Of a stretch of 64,000 nt of DNA, positions 40,795 through 54,980 are shown one piece after another. The translations under genes and the position numbers were made by a program. The notes beneath the pieces were generated by a model. That model had not been told where the DNA came from. It worked only from the letters and a program-made list of their open reading frames with translations, and searched no databases. Location of the stretch: positions 31,684,001 through 31,748,000 of the forward strand of contig CM052817.1 in the NCBI GenBank assembly GCA_028534125.1, in the 5' to 3' direction. The DNA comes from Lama glama. Its lineage: Eukaryota. How positions within the stretch are numbered: the stretch's first letter is position 1; every line of letters begins with the position of its first letter.

Positions 40795-42249
40795 AATAAA
40801 GTATGGGCTTTAGTTACTAATAATGTGTCAATATTGGTTCATTAATTGTGACAAATACACCATACTAATGGAAGATGTTAATAATCGAAGAAACTGGACA
40901 TAATGTATGTGGGAACTCAATGTCTTTGTAACTGTTCTGTAAATCTAAACTAATCCAAAAGAAGCTTATTTTAAAAAATGAGACCAGGACTTAATTTCCA
41001 TTCTTTTTTTCTTTTTGGAACCATGGAAAATACTTTAAAAAATATATTTGTAGGACAAAATGAATGTTGGTAAGAAATACTCTGTTAAATGAGCTGTGTG
41101 AAGATGCACTGAAATAGGGTTAGATACATTTAAAGAAACCTAACAAAAGTCTGTTAGGTTTTCTTGAGTAGCAATCAGACAGTGCCTCTCTCATGTGTGT
41201 TGTAACCACCGAACAAGAGTGCCTGTCAATCCTAGTCAGCCCTCTCGCGGGCTCTCGAGGTTTTTACTTCTCGCAGGAATTCTTTCATTTCTCACCTCTC
41301 TCAAACTCCAAACCCACATCCCTGGACTCACAGCTCCTGTCCCTTCTCTAGCCTTCTCCTTATTTCCTCCTTGAGGACCTGTCTGTCCCTCCCCTCCTCC
41401 CCTCAGTTGCTACTGCTTCACTTCTTGTCCAAAGTCCCGGATTCTTGCCCCATGGAGGGGAGAGCCTGGGGGTCGGTGGTCATCAGTGGGTGTTTGTCAA
41501 CATTCTCATCCTTCTCCTCATCCCCGCCCGCTCCTGGCTTCAGCCAAGGAAACATGAGCAGAAATGACATGTCATTTCTGGACAGGAGCCTTTAAGAGCT
41601 GGTCTGTCCCTCCCCACTTTTCCTTCCCCTACCACAGAAAACACTGTCATCCCAGGTGATGGAGACTTCCTCAGCCTGCATGCTTAAGTGTGGAGCTCCA
41701 GCCAACCCATGGGACACACAGCATGAGAAAGAAAAATACCTTTGTGCTTATAAGATCCTGAGATCTGGGGTCATTAAGCAACACAGCCTAGCTCCTCCTG
41801 TCCATCCTTCCGCCATCCTTCCCAGCAAAACATACCATAATCTTCCCTTTTTTGCATATGAAGAAACGGATGACGAGGAGATGAATATCACTCCACTACA
41901 AGGGAGTAAACTCTGGATTTAAACCCAGGAAGTATGGCTCCAGCGTCTGTGCCCTTAACCACCCCGCAGAGACTCTCAGAGGAAAGATCTGGGAGAACAT
42001 CAGAGTCTCGCTTCCATTTCCTTCCCCCTCCCGGCTCCCATCCTGATGCTCCTGTCCACCCAGGCTGCTTCCTCTGCCGGCTGCGTAGCTTTGTCCTGAG
42101 ACCAGCCTGTGAGTTCCTTTTCCTAGATCCATGGCTTTTCTTTCTCAGTTGACTCTCTTGTTTCGCTGAAGAGGCTCATAGGAAAGGATACCCGGGAGGT
42201 TAACTTTTGGAGGCCTTCAATTTTTGAAGACATTCTAATCTTTCGTCAT

Positions 42250-43274
42250 TGTGATGGTTAATTTTATGTGTCAGCTTGGTTGGGCCATAGTGCCCAGGAA
42301 TGTGTGCAACATTTTTCTGGATGTTTCCCCGAGAGTATATTTGGATGAGATTAATCCTGACGTAGGCGGATGTTCTGTCCGTCTCTTCCTGTGGATAGTG
42401 GTGCTATCGGCTAGGGGTGTCTGAGGCACTCGCCTGGTCCGCACTGCTTGTGGTGGGGCCCCCACTGACCATCCCCAGACTGCAGCCAGTGTTGTGGCTG
42501 GACTGGCCTTTGCAGTTCCTATCATGATCAGGAGACACACCTAACAAACACCATCAGGGAACTTGAAAGAACAAGATGTATTACTCATGGGTCCTGGAGG
42601 GTACACGGCATGACCAGTGGCCACACAGTGAGGCTGAAGGTAGACAGAGAGCGAGGGGGTGCAGACCTGGGGCTCTGCCTTATTGGCGTCTGAGAGTGAG
42701 ATGACTAGGGTTCACTTTTTATTGGCAAATTTAACACATGAGTGGGAATTAGGGCACAGGAAGGGAAAAGTGGAATCATTCAAGTGGTCAGTCATCTAGG
42801 TTACCCAAGGCTTTCTGAAAGGGGAACTTTGTGCGTAGGGTGGCCTGGATTCTTATCTAGTTGTTTTACTAGTAGCTGTGTCATACAGCTGGGAACATGT
42901 TTATTTGGGATGGATGTCTTGGCAATCAAAAGCATAATGTCAGGCATTACATTACAATTTTTAAAAAGCTTGATATCACACTGCAGTGGACTTTGAGTAA
43001 AGCAGATTGTCCTCCAGAGTGTGGTGAGCCTCATCTAGTCAGTTGAAGGGCTAAATGAAACCAAGACTGATCTCCCCTGAGCAAGAGGGAATTCCATCAG
43101 CCGATGGCTTTCCAACTTGAACTGGCCCTTCCCTTGGTTGCCAGCCTGCTGGCCCACCCTACAGATTTTGGATTTGCAAGAATCCATAATCAGATGAGCC
43201 AGTTCCTTCAAATAAATCTTTAAATATATAAATCCATGTTTTATTGGCTCCGTTTCTCTGAAGAAGCTAATACA
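42250..43274 (+). mobile_element. MLT2 LTR split by a nested ~0.6-kb LTR-like insert (~42371-42980)
   Basis: MLT2 start tgtgatggttaattttatgtgtcagcttgg; resumes gtggactttgagtaaagcagattgtcctcc and ends ...ctaataca. Confidence 0.75.
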
Positions 43275-45989
43275 CTCATACATAATTGTTAGTTTAAAAG
43301 ACATAGTAATCTCCCTTGAAAATAACAATTCCTCAGAATGTTGCAGGCGTTCTTCTATGGTTTTCGAATTTTACAGGTGGTGCTAAAAGTCTTAGTGTCA
43401 CTCTATTTCTGTTCCTTTGTATATGAAAAAAAATTCTCTCTGAAAAAAAATATTTTCTTTGTTCCAAGTCTTTTGGTATTTCCCAATTTTTTTTTTCTCG
43501 AATGATCTTAGAAGTGTGTTGTTCTCGGCCCTCCATGGGTTGTTTTAATTGGGAGATTCATGTTCTTCAGTTCTGTGAAGTCTTCTTCTTTACTTATGAA
43601 TATACTTCACTGAACCAGAAGCTTTGTGAAGGCGGAGCCATATATATCTTTCTCATGACTCGTTTATGATGCCTGGTGTAGCAGTAGAATAGTATTCAAA
43701 TAACTAAATGAGTGAATGAAGGCATAAATGAATGAATGCAGGGAGGAACACGTACGCTTTGGGAAGAGCACACTGCGCTGAGTTTTAGACATGGAAAGCT
43801 TCAAGTATAAGTTGTATGTGAGTGCCTGCAGCCCAAGAATGATACCAGGGCTATAAATGTAACCTGGCGAGTTAACTGCATATATGTGTTCACCGAAGCC
43901 CTGGTCTTGAAATGACCTCCTGGAAAAGTGTATAGAGAAGGATGAGAAAAGAAGGCGAGTAGTACAAGACTGCAAAGTAAATGGCTCCTTTGAATAAAGA
44001 AATAACTTTGTTTCCCATGTCTTCAAAACAGAAGTAAAACTCGAAGACGTTCCCTATCCTATGGTTTTCTGTACCTCGCAGCAGAACTTTGCATATTCTT
44101 TGAGAAACATGGCACTAGGGCACACTAATTATTAGGGTCTACCATCAAATTCACCTCTATTTGTATCCACCGTTCAAGTAAGCCAAGAGAAGGAGACCTG
44201 CAGGGGCAGGAGACAGGAACGGCAGAGAGGAAAAGCTGCTGGCAGACAAGGTAAGTTGCAGGAGAGCAGTACAGGGGAACCTTTCCGGCACAGCAAGCCC
44301 TCTGAGCTGTCAGACCCTCATCCCCAGGCTCTCTGCTCCTGAAAACACGACTACTAAACACCCCTCAGAAGGCCCCCAGTGCTCCACCCCTGCCAGGAGC
44401 AACTATTTCCTGCAGACCCAGCTCTGTTCTCGTAGCCACACCCACACCGTGCTTCCCGCCAAGTCTTATTCCTTCTCTAAGAACGCTCAAGTCTCTTGCT
44501 TGTTAAGCCTAGCTTGAACTGAAACCAATCTCCCCAGTTCTACCTGAAGTTAGCTAACTTCCCTAATCACGAATATTTAGGGCCCCCTCTAATTGCTCTG
44601 TCACCAGCAGGATCACCTGCTAGGAACTGACTCGGTCCAGGTTCTAGCTGGGCCTTGCCCTCTGTATTTCTCTGTAAGCTCCCCATTGTCTCTGAACGAA
44701 GCTCTCAGGGAACCCCCGCCCTGCCTGGCATCTTCCTACCAGAACATGCTTTCAGATGAACTCACAATTGAATTAGTTTATTTGAATGGCTGGTGGTTTG
44801 GGCACATAGGAGCCAATTTTAGGAAATGTATTGCCTATTGGATGAAGTGCTGATGAAGCCCAGAGCCAGCAGCTCTGAGAGCCTTCACGCCTGGCCTCGC
44901 TGACTGCAGTGTTAAAAGGAAGTCGAAAGACAGGTTGTGTGTTGTGACCTCCTATACACACAGGAAATCAGTTTGCATTCATGGTGGGCTATGCAATAAG
45001 GACCAGCCTTTTCCCTAAAGTGAAAAATGTTGGATAAAATCTATTTAAACTCACATTAAAAACAATAAAGAATTGAAAAGAGAGTGGGACCTTCCATGCT
45101 AACTTTTGGGGGGAAGCCTGAACCTAAAGGTCAAGAGAAAGTATCTGAGGATAAAAAAACCCTCAACTTCTGATCATTTATATTGCTAATAAGGGGACCT
45201 TGTGGGTAATCCAGTAAACTGCATCAAACAAAACAAAAGATGATAGGAAATCCCTGATGGGACTTGAAAACAACAACTATGCTTAGTATAGGCTGAGCCA
45301 TATGAAATTGCTGATATTTGATCATTTATTACCTACAAAAAGAGTAATCCACATGACACAACTTATTTTAAAAAATCAGGGAAAAAAATTGCCCATGAAG
45401 ATTTGTAAGGCATTGTAGGAAGTATGTAATATTTTGATTGAGGGGGAGAAGACCAGGAACCTCACATGAACAAGAGGGGAACTTTCCCTTGAAGAAAACC
45501 CTACGAACAGGATGGCATCTTACCTCCCTACAGCAACATATTTTTAGTTAGGCAGTTCATACACAGTTCCCCTGGGCTTAGAGTTTATAAGTGATAGAGA
45601 CAGGATAACAAAAAGCCAAAACAGAGTAATGCTCCTTTGTAAAGAATAGTTGTAAGGAGATGATTTCTAAAGTCAAGTGAAATTAATTTTGCTTTTCTTT
45701 CCTGTGACCAGGAGATGCTAGATACTCACCAGGCCCACTCATTCCTCACAGACACACAACCAGATCCCCTTCCCAGGCCCCTTGCATCGAGCTGGTTGGG
45801 ACCCTGTGCTGTGCTGGTAAATGTTAAACACCTGACTCTCCAGATGGGAAAAGGCCTCCCCTGTAGTACCTGCCTATTTCCATGTTGTAAAAATTCCACA
45901 AAGGCCTATTTCAAGACACAAACATGACGTCATTGAATGTGGAGTTGGCGAGGGGGGGGAATGCACCTAAGCAACTTTCAGAAGCTGGG

Positions 45990-46332
45990 ACCCGCTGCTT
46001 ATAGCACACCATTGAGACTGTGACTAGCTCTTATCAATGGGATTAGAGCAGAAGTGACGTGTCACTTAACAGGCAAGGAATTTTGTGCAGATGGCCTTCT
46101 CCACTCTCACCCTTTCACTCTGGCAGAACTTGGTGGCCTCAGGAGGAAGATGGTTGAAGTGGCAAGACAGAAGGAGGCTAAAGTATTGAGTCTCTTCCTT
46201 GGGGGCTGTTTACTTCAGTGCTTAGAAACTTCTGCATTGGACTTTGCATGAGTAAGAAATAAAGGTCTACTATATTAAACCATTGATATTTGGGGGCTGT
46301 TTGTTATAGCAGTTAGCCTATCCTGACTAACA
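45990..46332 (+). mobile_element. MLT1 LTR fragment
   Basis: 3' end aaataaa...tttgttatagcagttagcctatcctgactaaca. Confidence 0.6.
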
Positions 46333-46460
46333 TATGGCCTTTAGAAAAACTGCACCTGCTCTTCAGGATACCAGATTTTTATCAATTACATGTCCTTCAG
46401 CTCAAACTCTGACCACACAGCTAATCATTTAAATTATATACCTTATGTGATATTGTCATC

Positions 46461-47277
46461 TATAATAACAAATATAGATTTGGTCTTTGTCCCTGTTTCG
46501 GGAACTGAGCTTCTAAAGCCCTTGGATTTCTTAAGTGATGAGAGCCAGAAAGGTGCCTTTTGTTATGTTTATGAGGTGACTTTTGGACCCATCTAAGGTT
46601 GGGAGCTGGTTACCAGGGGAACTAACCGTGTGATGGAAGCGTTGTAACTGTTAGTCCCACCCCTGTCCCTGGGAAGGGAGGAAGAGGAGCTGGAGGTTGA
46701 CTCAATCACCAGTGGCCGATGATTTAAGCAATCATGCCTATACAATAAAGCTTCCACAAAAACCCAAAAAGAGAGGGTTTGGAGAACTTCCAGCTTGGTG
46801 AACGTGTGTAGGTTCCGGGAGAGTAGCTCACCCAGAGGGGCATGGAAGCTCTGCGCTCTTTCCCTCACCTTGACCTCTGCATCTCTGCCATCTTGCTGTT
46901 CCTGAGTTACATCTTTTCAAAATAAACCAGTAATCTGGTACGATGCTTCTCCAGGTTCCGTGAGCCGCTCTAGCAAAGTAATCAAACCAGAGGAGAGGGA
47001 TCTCTGGAACCACCTACCTGTGGGTCTTCTGCCTGTGGGTCAGAAGCCCAGGTGACAACCAGTACTACTGATTGGCATCTGAAGTAGGGGGTATTCTTGT
47101 AGGACTGAGCCCATAACCTGTGGAATCTGGTGGTATCTCCAGGTAAACAGCGTTGGAATTGAATTAAATTGTAGGACACCCAGGCAGTGTTGAAGAATTG
47201 CTTGGTGGTGTAGGGGGGCAACGTCCTCTCCCCCGCCACCCCCCTGCCCCCGCCAGTGGAATTGGTGATCAGAATCC
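46461..47277. mobile_element. MER21-like ERV LTR
   Basis: Characteristic MER21-type blocks (ggtctttgtccctgtttc..., gatttaagcaatcatgcctat, cttgtaggactgagccc). Confidence 0.65.
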
Positions 47278-50143
47278 TTACCTTACAATTTCTGATCCTG
47301 CTTTAAAAACAGTCTCACTTAAAAAAATCTTCATTTAAAAACAATCATTATCATCATCAGGCATTTATTAAACAGCAAAGTGAATATTTCATAATTTTAA
47401 TGAAAGACTTCAAGGAAAACATTCATGAGACATTTTATTTTTAAATGTAAAAGTCTTTTTAAAAAAACTGATTATTTAAGCCATTTACAAGAGCTTTGTA
47501 TTAATTAGCAAATCATGATTCAACTCACTTATGTAATCACTTTAATCCTTGAAATATAGCTATAAACAGATGCACCTAGGACCTTATTTTTATTTTCTCT
47601 GCAAACTTCCAACCTGAAACATAACAGCAGTTAATAAATTGTGTGTCAGGGTCATGTGACTTCATTTAAGACTGCAGGAGAATTTCTTGGCAGAATTTCT
47701 TCTAATGGTGTGGGCCCGAAAATAAGAAGTATCTAGTGAAATTTATGTGGTAACTGACCCCGCCTGGCTGTGTAACACTGCTAAGTGCAGCCGGCCGTAA
47801 GGAGGGAATTGAGTGGCTGAGAAAATGTCAGCACAAATTGATGTCATGAATCTTATTTCCTGGAACTACTTGGATCATCAAGTTCTAACTCACCAATCAG
47901 ACAAGAGGGGAAAATATCCTTTCAGCATATGTTTTCCCACAACTGATGAATATCCTGCATTTCTCAGTAAGCACCCCTGCTCCCCCACTGAGGTGGCCTT
48001 TCTTTTGGATGGTGGAAATTCCCAGGAGCAAAGCTCATGTTAGGCCTTCCCTCTTGCTAAGACTCTGGGCATTTAGCTCTCGGTGATGTCACCGAAGGAA
48101 GGACTCCCAGGGCACAGGGCAGCTGGCTGGGCCTTTCTCTGGTGATGTTTTCCTGCTGGATGACCCCTTGGCTTTTAATACTCCAGCTTCACAGACTGCA
48201 GCCTCTCAACACATTTTTTCAGCTTAAGTTGTAGAGAAAAAAATTCTATGTATGTTCCCCAATCCAATAGCTTAAACAAAATAATACATAGGTGAAGTCT
48301 GAAGTTACTTCCCCAAACAATTGGGAGATGGCAGAATGATGTGAGGATGTTTGAAAAGGGCGCCATATGTGCAGACTTGGACGTGGCTTGATCTCACAAG
48401 TCAAGTGTTGTGACAATCTCATAAATTATAAGTCCAAATAAGTGGTGTTTTAGCTATTATACATTCTAATATGAGGGTTTACTTACCTGTAGGTATGTTG
48501 GTGTTTTATTGTTTGATTTTAGGAAATTGAGTTCTGGGAACTTTTAGGAGAACAATGAGCTCTGGAAAATAGATGGCAGATCACAGTTAGAGCATCTGGC
48601 AGGGCAGCAGGGTGGAACATAAAGATTTTCATAAAAATAGTATTAATGGGAGTGGGGTGCCCTGTATTTCCTGCTTCTGACATCAGATGACCTGCGTCCA
48701 GCTGTCAGTAGGTCAAATCACCCAGGAATGAATGAGCATCTTAGTTGATCCAAGCAACAGATATGGAGGGGAGGACAGGAATTTTTGTACCAATGGTCAA
48801 AAAAAAGTTGAGTACATATAAGACTATGGCCAGACATTCTGTATTCAGGTTAAAAAAAAAAAACAGAAAAAGGAGAATGATGGCAGGGATCTTAGTGATG
48901 GAGGCTATCAATGTGTCTGTTTCTTGAATTCTGTTGCTGCGATAGAGACAGGTTTCCTCTGTATCTGCTCCATGGCTATCATCCTGGTACCTCCTTTCAA
49001 CATCCTCCTGGAAGTCCCCTTTGCCTCTCTTGTACATTGGATCTCCTGTTTTTTGTTTCCCGTATCTTCTTGGTCTAGGGTTTGATTTTGATAGACCAAA
49101 CCCTACAGTAACCTCATCAGAAAGAGTGCCCTGGAGGTAAGTGTTTTGAAATATTGCCTGTTGAAATTTTCTTTATCGTAGCCTGTTAATTTATGCATAG
49201 AGTAGCTAGGTCAAGAATTTTAGATCAGCCATCATTTTCCTTCTGAATTATGAAGGCATACCTTAAATTTTTTTTCATTTCTGAGTATTGTCTTTGGTTC
49301 TTTTTCAAAACCGCTATATCATTCTCACAATCCCTTGTTTCCTGATGATATTTTTAAGTCTAGTTCTTTGAACTTGGCAAGCATAGGTTAAAGTTCACGA
49401 CCAACCATTCCAACATTGGTTCTCACTTGGGTTCGCGTCTTGTTTTCTGGTGTGCTTCCGCAGCTTGATGAACATCACCTGAGAAAAATGATTTGCGGCG
49501 GTTCTCTGGGGCCTCGGCTGGATGTGCCTTCCTGCAGGGCTTTGCGTGTGTTTCTGCCAGGTGCCTACGGGCACTATCCGGAAGGACCACACCAGGTTGG
49601 AGAGGTTCCTGGCCCGCCCAGGTATGCGTATCCTGAATACAATTGCACGGAGGACCAATCTGTGGGTACAACCTCCGTAGGGTGCCTTCTCTTCCTCCCT
49701 GCATCCCCATCTTTCACTGCTACTCCCCCGACAGCACCACGGCTACTTGTCCCTACAAGTTTCCACAGCTCGGGGGAGGGAGAGCGAGTATAGCTCAGGT
49801 TTGCCGTTCTTGCTCTCTTGTTTTGCTGGCTTCTCTGCGTATGTGCTCCAGTCTGAAAAGTGACCTGAGAGTTCCCAGCTGTCTTTTCCTATCTTTACTT
49901 TTTTAAAGGTATCTTTATTTTCAAAAACAGACTATCCAGTTTTTCTCAGTTTTCAGCAGAAGGATTTGCTCAGTTACCTGGCGTGCTGTAACTGAAAACA
50001 GAAATGCTCTGTTGACTTCTTGCCTCTAGTATTATTGTTAAGGGATCCAAAGCCATGCTAATTCCTGATCCTTTATGTGTGATTAGTTATTTGTTATTGT
50101 TTTTACTTTCGCTATCTCTGTAAACTAATAAATTGATACTAGT

Positions 50144-50669
50144 AGCTATTTACAATAGCCAAGATGTGGAAACAACCTAAATGTCCACCAACAGATAAAT
50201 GGATAAAGAAATACAGTGGAATATTACTCAGCCACAAAAAAGAATGAAATAATGCCATTTGCAGCAACATGGATGGACTAGAGATTATCATATTAAGTAA
50301 ATCAGACAAAGACAAATGTCATATGATATCACTTATGTGTAGAATCTGAAAAAATAGATACAAATTTTATTTATAAACCAGAAATAGACTCATGGACATA
50401 GAAAACAAACTGTGGTTACCAGAGAGGAATGGTGTGGGGAAGGGATATATTAGGAGTTTGAGATTAATAGATACACATTACTATATATAAAATAAACAAT
50501 AAGGACCCACTGTGTAGCACAGGGAACTATATTCAATTTCTTACAATGAGCTGTAATGGAAAAGAATCTAAAAAATGTATATGCATATATATATAACTGA
50601 ATCACTTTGCTGTGCACCTGAAACTAACATTGTAAATCAACTACATTTCAATAAAAAATAAGAATTAAA
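50144..50669 (+). mobile_element. 5'-truncated L1 3' end
   Basis: acaatagccaagatgtggaaacaacctaaatgtcc...aataaaaaa; imperfect TSD aaattgat(ac/gg)tagt at 50130 and 50670. Confidence 0.9.
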
Positions 50670-50865
50670 AAATTGATGGTAGTGTTGTAAAACTTCATAC
50701 TGTTGTTCTTTGATGTGGGTCTGCTTTAGTCACTGTGCTGGGCTGTCAGCGGGCTCTTTCAATCTGCAAGTCACATCCTTAGATTCTAAGAAATCTCCTA
50801 GAGTTACTTCACTATTCTTCTTCTGGGAATGCCTGTCAGATACTGTACCTCATGTACTGGCCCTC

Positions 50866-51150
50866 TGTTATGGACTGAATGTGTGTGTCCCCCAAAATTC
50901 ATAGGTTGAAATCTAATCTAATGTGACAGGAGGTAGGGCCCTTAGAAGGTAATTAGGTCATGAGGTGGAGCCCTCATGAGTGGAATTAGTGCCCTTATGA
51001 GAAGGGACCAAAGAGGTAGCTCCCTTTCTGTCGTGTGAGGATATTGAAAGAAGTCTGCACCCCTAAAGAGGGCTCTCACCAGAACCTGACCATGTTGGTA
51101 CCCTGATCTCCGACTTCTGGCCTCCAGAAATTGAGAGAGAAAATTCTGTC
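50866..51150 (+). mobile_element. MLT1A/B-type LTR
   Basis: tgttatggactgaatgtgtgtgtcccccaaaattcat start; ggcctccagaa near the end. Confidence 0.8.
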
Positions 51151-54100
51151 GTGGATTGTTCCATTTCTGCTTCCATGTTTTTAAATTTCAAGACCTCTTC
51201 TTTTTGTTCCTTCTAAACGTTCCTTTTTATAGCATCCCGTTCTTATTTTGTGAATGCAATATTCATGTCTGTAAGAATCTTTTTTAAATTTAAAAAGTTT
51301 TATTTCCCCTGCTGGTTTCTATTTTTGTATGTGGCTTGTTTGCTTGCTTGTATGGGCCTCCACCTTCCCCAGTGGAGGATTTTTAGGATGTCTAGTAATC
51401 TTTGGTTGTCCGCTCCTGCTTAAGAGAGAAAGACTAAAAAGCCTGTTGGAAGCTCTGGGCAGAAGGGTGGGATTTGTCTTACCTTCAGGGTGATCTGGGC
51501 CATTTTATTAGGGAGACTCCAGGGTCATTATGTTTTGACCCTAGCTGCCAGTCTCTGGGAGCAAAGTGGGGGAAAGAAGGCTAAGGTAGTCACAGAGTCT
51601 TGTGTGCACATGTTCGCCTCTTGTTTCTGCTTATTGTATCTGTGCCATCAGCTACGTCTGACGTCTCCGCTGCGGGCAGCCTTTTGCCCTCTGTAGAGAG
51701 GAACCCTCTAGTCTAGGGGAGGTTGTCTAGAGACCTAAACTGTGGAGCATATCTGGACGTTTAACTCCCCCTCTTCCTTCTCCTCTTTCTCCTCATCCTA
51801 CTTGTCCTCCTTTTCTTCTTCGTTGAAAAAAAATTTTATTGAGCTATAATTTACAGAGAAATGCACAGATTTTTAGGGTGGACCTAACTAACTGCTTCTT
51901 ACATGATCCTAATTTTAGCCCATCTTTCACACCATCTTCGTGAAGTATGCGGTGCTGTCCATTCGTGAGCCTTTGGGGAATCTGGGGTGTAAATCGAGTG
52001 AGTGGTGTAATCAAACCCCGGTCTGAAGGAGAGAGGGGTGGCTCTAGTTACTCACTGTCTTAGGAGACATACCTTTCCCTTTGTTTTCCTTCCCAGCACC
52101 TGGACTGAGACGAACAACTTACATCTCTAGGTGCTTTGCCTTTGTTAAGGGGCAGTTTTCCCTCCTACCTTTGTAAGGACAGTGCGGCTCTTCAAGGTCC
52201 CTGACATTATGTGGTGTCTCACCTCCAACTCCTGTCTCCTGGGTCCTGGCCCCCAGACCCCCTACCCAGCCTCTCCCCCAGGGCTCCGGGTTCCTACTTT
52301 CTGCAAATGCCTTCAGTAAAAGGTCAGCTTCAGCACTAGTTCACTATTCTTCAGTCCTGATTTTCAAAAGATAGTTATTGTATTTAATTCAACAGTTTGG
52401 GTCTTCTGTCACTAGAGGATTTTTCAGGATATTTAGTCCACAGTATTGCTGGAACAGTTCATCTTGTTAAATCCTATTCCTCTTTACAGGCTCAATTCAA
52501 AGGTCACCTCTTATGTAAAGGCTTCCCTCATTCTCCCGGAGGGGGAGACCTTCCTCTAAGCTTCCACGGTCCCTTGTGACACTCCTGCTCCAGCTGTAAC
52601 TCACTTGGAAGGTTGCTTTGTCTGTGTGCTCACATATCTGTCTCCACCGCCCGTTATGAGCTCAAGGAATACACTTCCCAATGCACCTCTTACCAACTAC
52701 CTCTTTCAGGGAGCCTGCCACCTAGGGGGTAATTCATACTCAAAGAATTAAAAGGAAAGTAATTAATAATGTGTTAATGCCATAGTTCAAATTCTAATAA
52801 GGCTCCCAATCACATTGGTTGGGAAGTATTAGATATCCATGTATTTAATGCAGACGCGTATCGGGTGCCTTCATTCGGTCTCTGAAACATGCCAAGCTTG
52901 TTCTCATCTCAAGGTCTTTGCATTACTGTCCTTCTGTTTGGAATGCTCTTCCCCTGGATGTTTACATGGTTACCACCTTCCCCTCATGTAGCTCTCACCT
53001 TGGATGCCACCTCCATAGAGAAGGCTCCGCTAATGTCCGCATGCCCAGTCACAGCACCCTATTTTCTCTTCCTAGTAGCAAGCATTACAGCATATAGTTC
53101 TATAATCAACTAAAATTAACTTATTTATGCATTCAAAAATAAGCACATTAAATGCAATCTATGCAGTAGCATCCCCAGGACCTAGAAGGATGCTGGCCAC
53201 ACAATAGATAGTGGATAATTCGTTGACCAATTGCCTAATATGTACAGGTGCAAGAGGTTTTGGAAAATGAGGAATTGGCCCTGACAGGGTCATTGAACAG
53301 TTTATTTAATCAAAAGTGGATCTTCTTTTGGACCACTTTTGAGGTTTTTTCGCACGTGTGTGGTGAACAACTAGTAATAACTGCCTTTTTCTAGGCTGAA
53401 GTTACCTGTTATGCTCTGTGATTCTGGGGACCTTGCTGGTCACTTAATTATGTATTTAATTTTGTTTTCTAAGTATAGTCCTGCTTTGTCTGTAGGTAGT
53501 ACCAGCTTTGGTCCCTCTAGTCATGGAGTTAGGTCTGATCCTTCGAGGTGCGGCTTGGGTTCAGCCCACACATTTCTTCTGAAGAATGCCTGCCTCCCCA
53601 CCTGTTTATCCCACGAAGTAGTCTGTGTGCTCAGTAGGAAGGAGGCATGAGGGTGCAGATGAGGGAGAACACACTGCAGTGGGGATCTAGAAAAACGAGG
53701 TGGCACATGGCATCAGAGGATGAGAAGAGAGGGTATGCCTGAGCAGTGGGATAAAGGGGAAAAAAAGCAAATCAGAAAGGCCTCTGAATTAACTTGGACC
53801 AACTTTGATACTCAGTCCAGGGGCAGTTTTGCCCAGAATTGGCCTGAAAAGATGCCGTTCCTCTTAACTTCTCTTGGTGAGAAACCTTGCATGAAAGTGG
53901 AGGAAGGAAGGAAGGGGGCTTGAGATGGTCTTTTTTGCTCTGGGACACGAGCTTCTTATCTGACAAGGAATATGGGGAAGCAGAGCATAGACTTCTCCTT
54001 TCATTCTACGAATGTTATCATTTCTGTGGCTCAGTGACCACTGCCTTTCACTTTTCTCCTGCTCCAAGAAGCCAGGTCATGGTATAAGCCAAGCTTTGAC

Positions 54101-54290
54101 CCTGCAGGCTAAATAAATATTCCTTGGAAGGATCTGACCAAGTCCAGCCTCACATGCACAAAGCTCCTAGCCGTGATCCTTCAGCTCTGGTGTGTAAAGG
54201 GGTTTGTTTAAAGTGCCAATCAATCCTCCCTCAGATGTTATGATTCATTGGGTTGAAAGATGGGGAGCGGGGTCCAGGAATTCACAACTT

Positions 54291-54347
54291 CTTCCTTCCT
54301 TCCTTCCTTCCTTCCTTCCTTCCTTCCTTCCTTCCTTCCTTCCTCCC
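54291..54347. repeat. (CTTC)n microsatellite
   Basis: About 13 CTTC units; homopurine/homopyrimidine tract. Confidence 0.95.
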
Positions 54348-54821
54348 TTAAAATTTGTTTCCTCTGACAAGTTATAAGACAAACACCCAGTTTGCTTGAA
54401 TTTTAAAAGGATCCTTCCTTCGCCCCACTTGAATGACCAAAGAAGACATAAGTCCAGTTGACCAAGTGAAGAGGGGATGCAGATATCTGCATCTTAACCT
54501 AGCACCACCAGTGATGCTGATACAGCGGATGGGTGGATCCACTCTTTTCTAAAATTGGCTTTTAGACAACAGTGACAGTAGTTACCCATTACTAAATGTT
54601 CGCCATGAGCTAGGCACTGGGCTAACACCTTACGTGTGTTCTCTTTCTTAATCCTCACAACAGCTCACCAGCTAGTGGAGTGCTATCATCAGATGAGGAC
54701 ACAGACTGAGCGGTCAGCTACAATTTGTAAGTGGTGAATCCTGGGCTTAAGTCCAAAGGTCTCTGATTTCAAAGCCCACACCCTTGCATTGGGCTGGGAA
54801 TTCTCTGGAGGAGTCCCTGGA

Positions 54822-54980
54822 CCCTTGCTACTCAAAGTGTGGTCCTTGGAAAACGTATCTCTGGGAACTTCTCAGAAATGGAGACTCTCAGGTCCCACCC
54901 CACACCCTGGGAATCAGGATCTGTATTTTAACAAGATCTCCAGGTGATGTCTGTACACATTAAATTTGAGAAGTGCTAGT
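54822..54980. mobile_element. MER5A hAT-Charlie MITE
   Basis: ctactcaaagtgtggtcc...aacaagatctccaggtgat...taaatttgagaagtgct. Confidence 0.75.
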
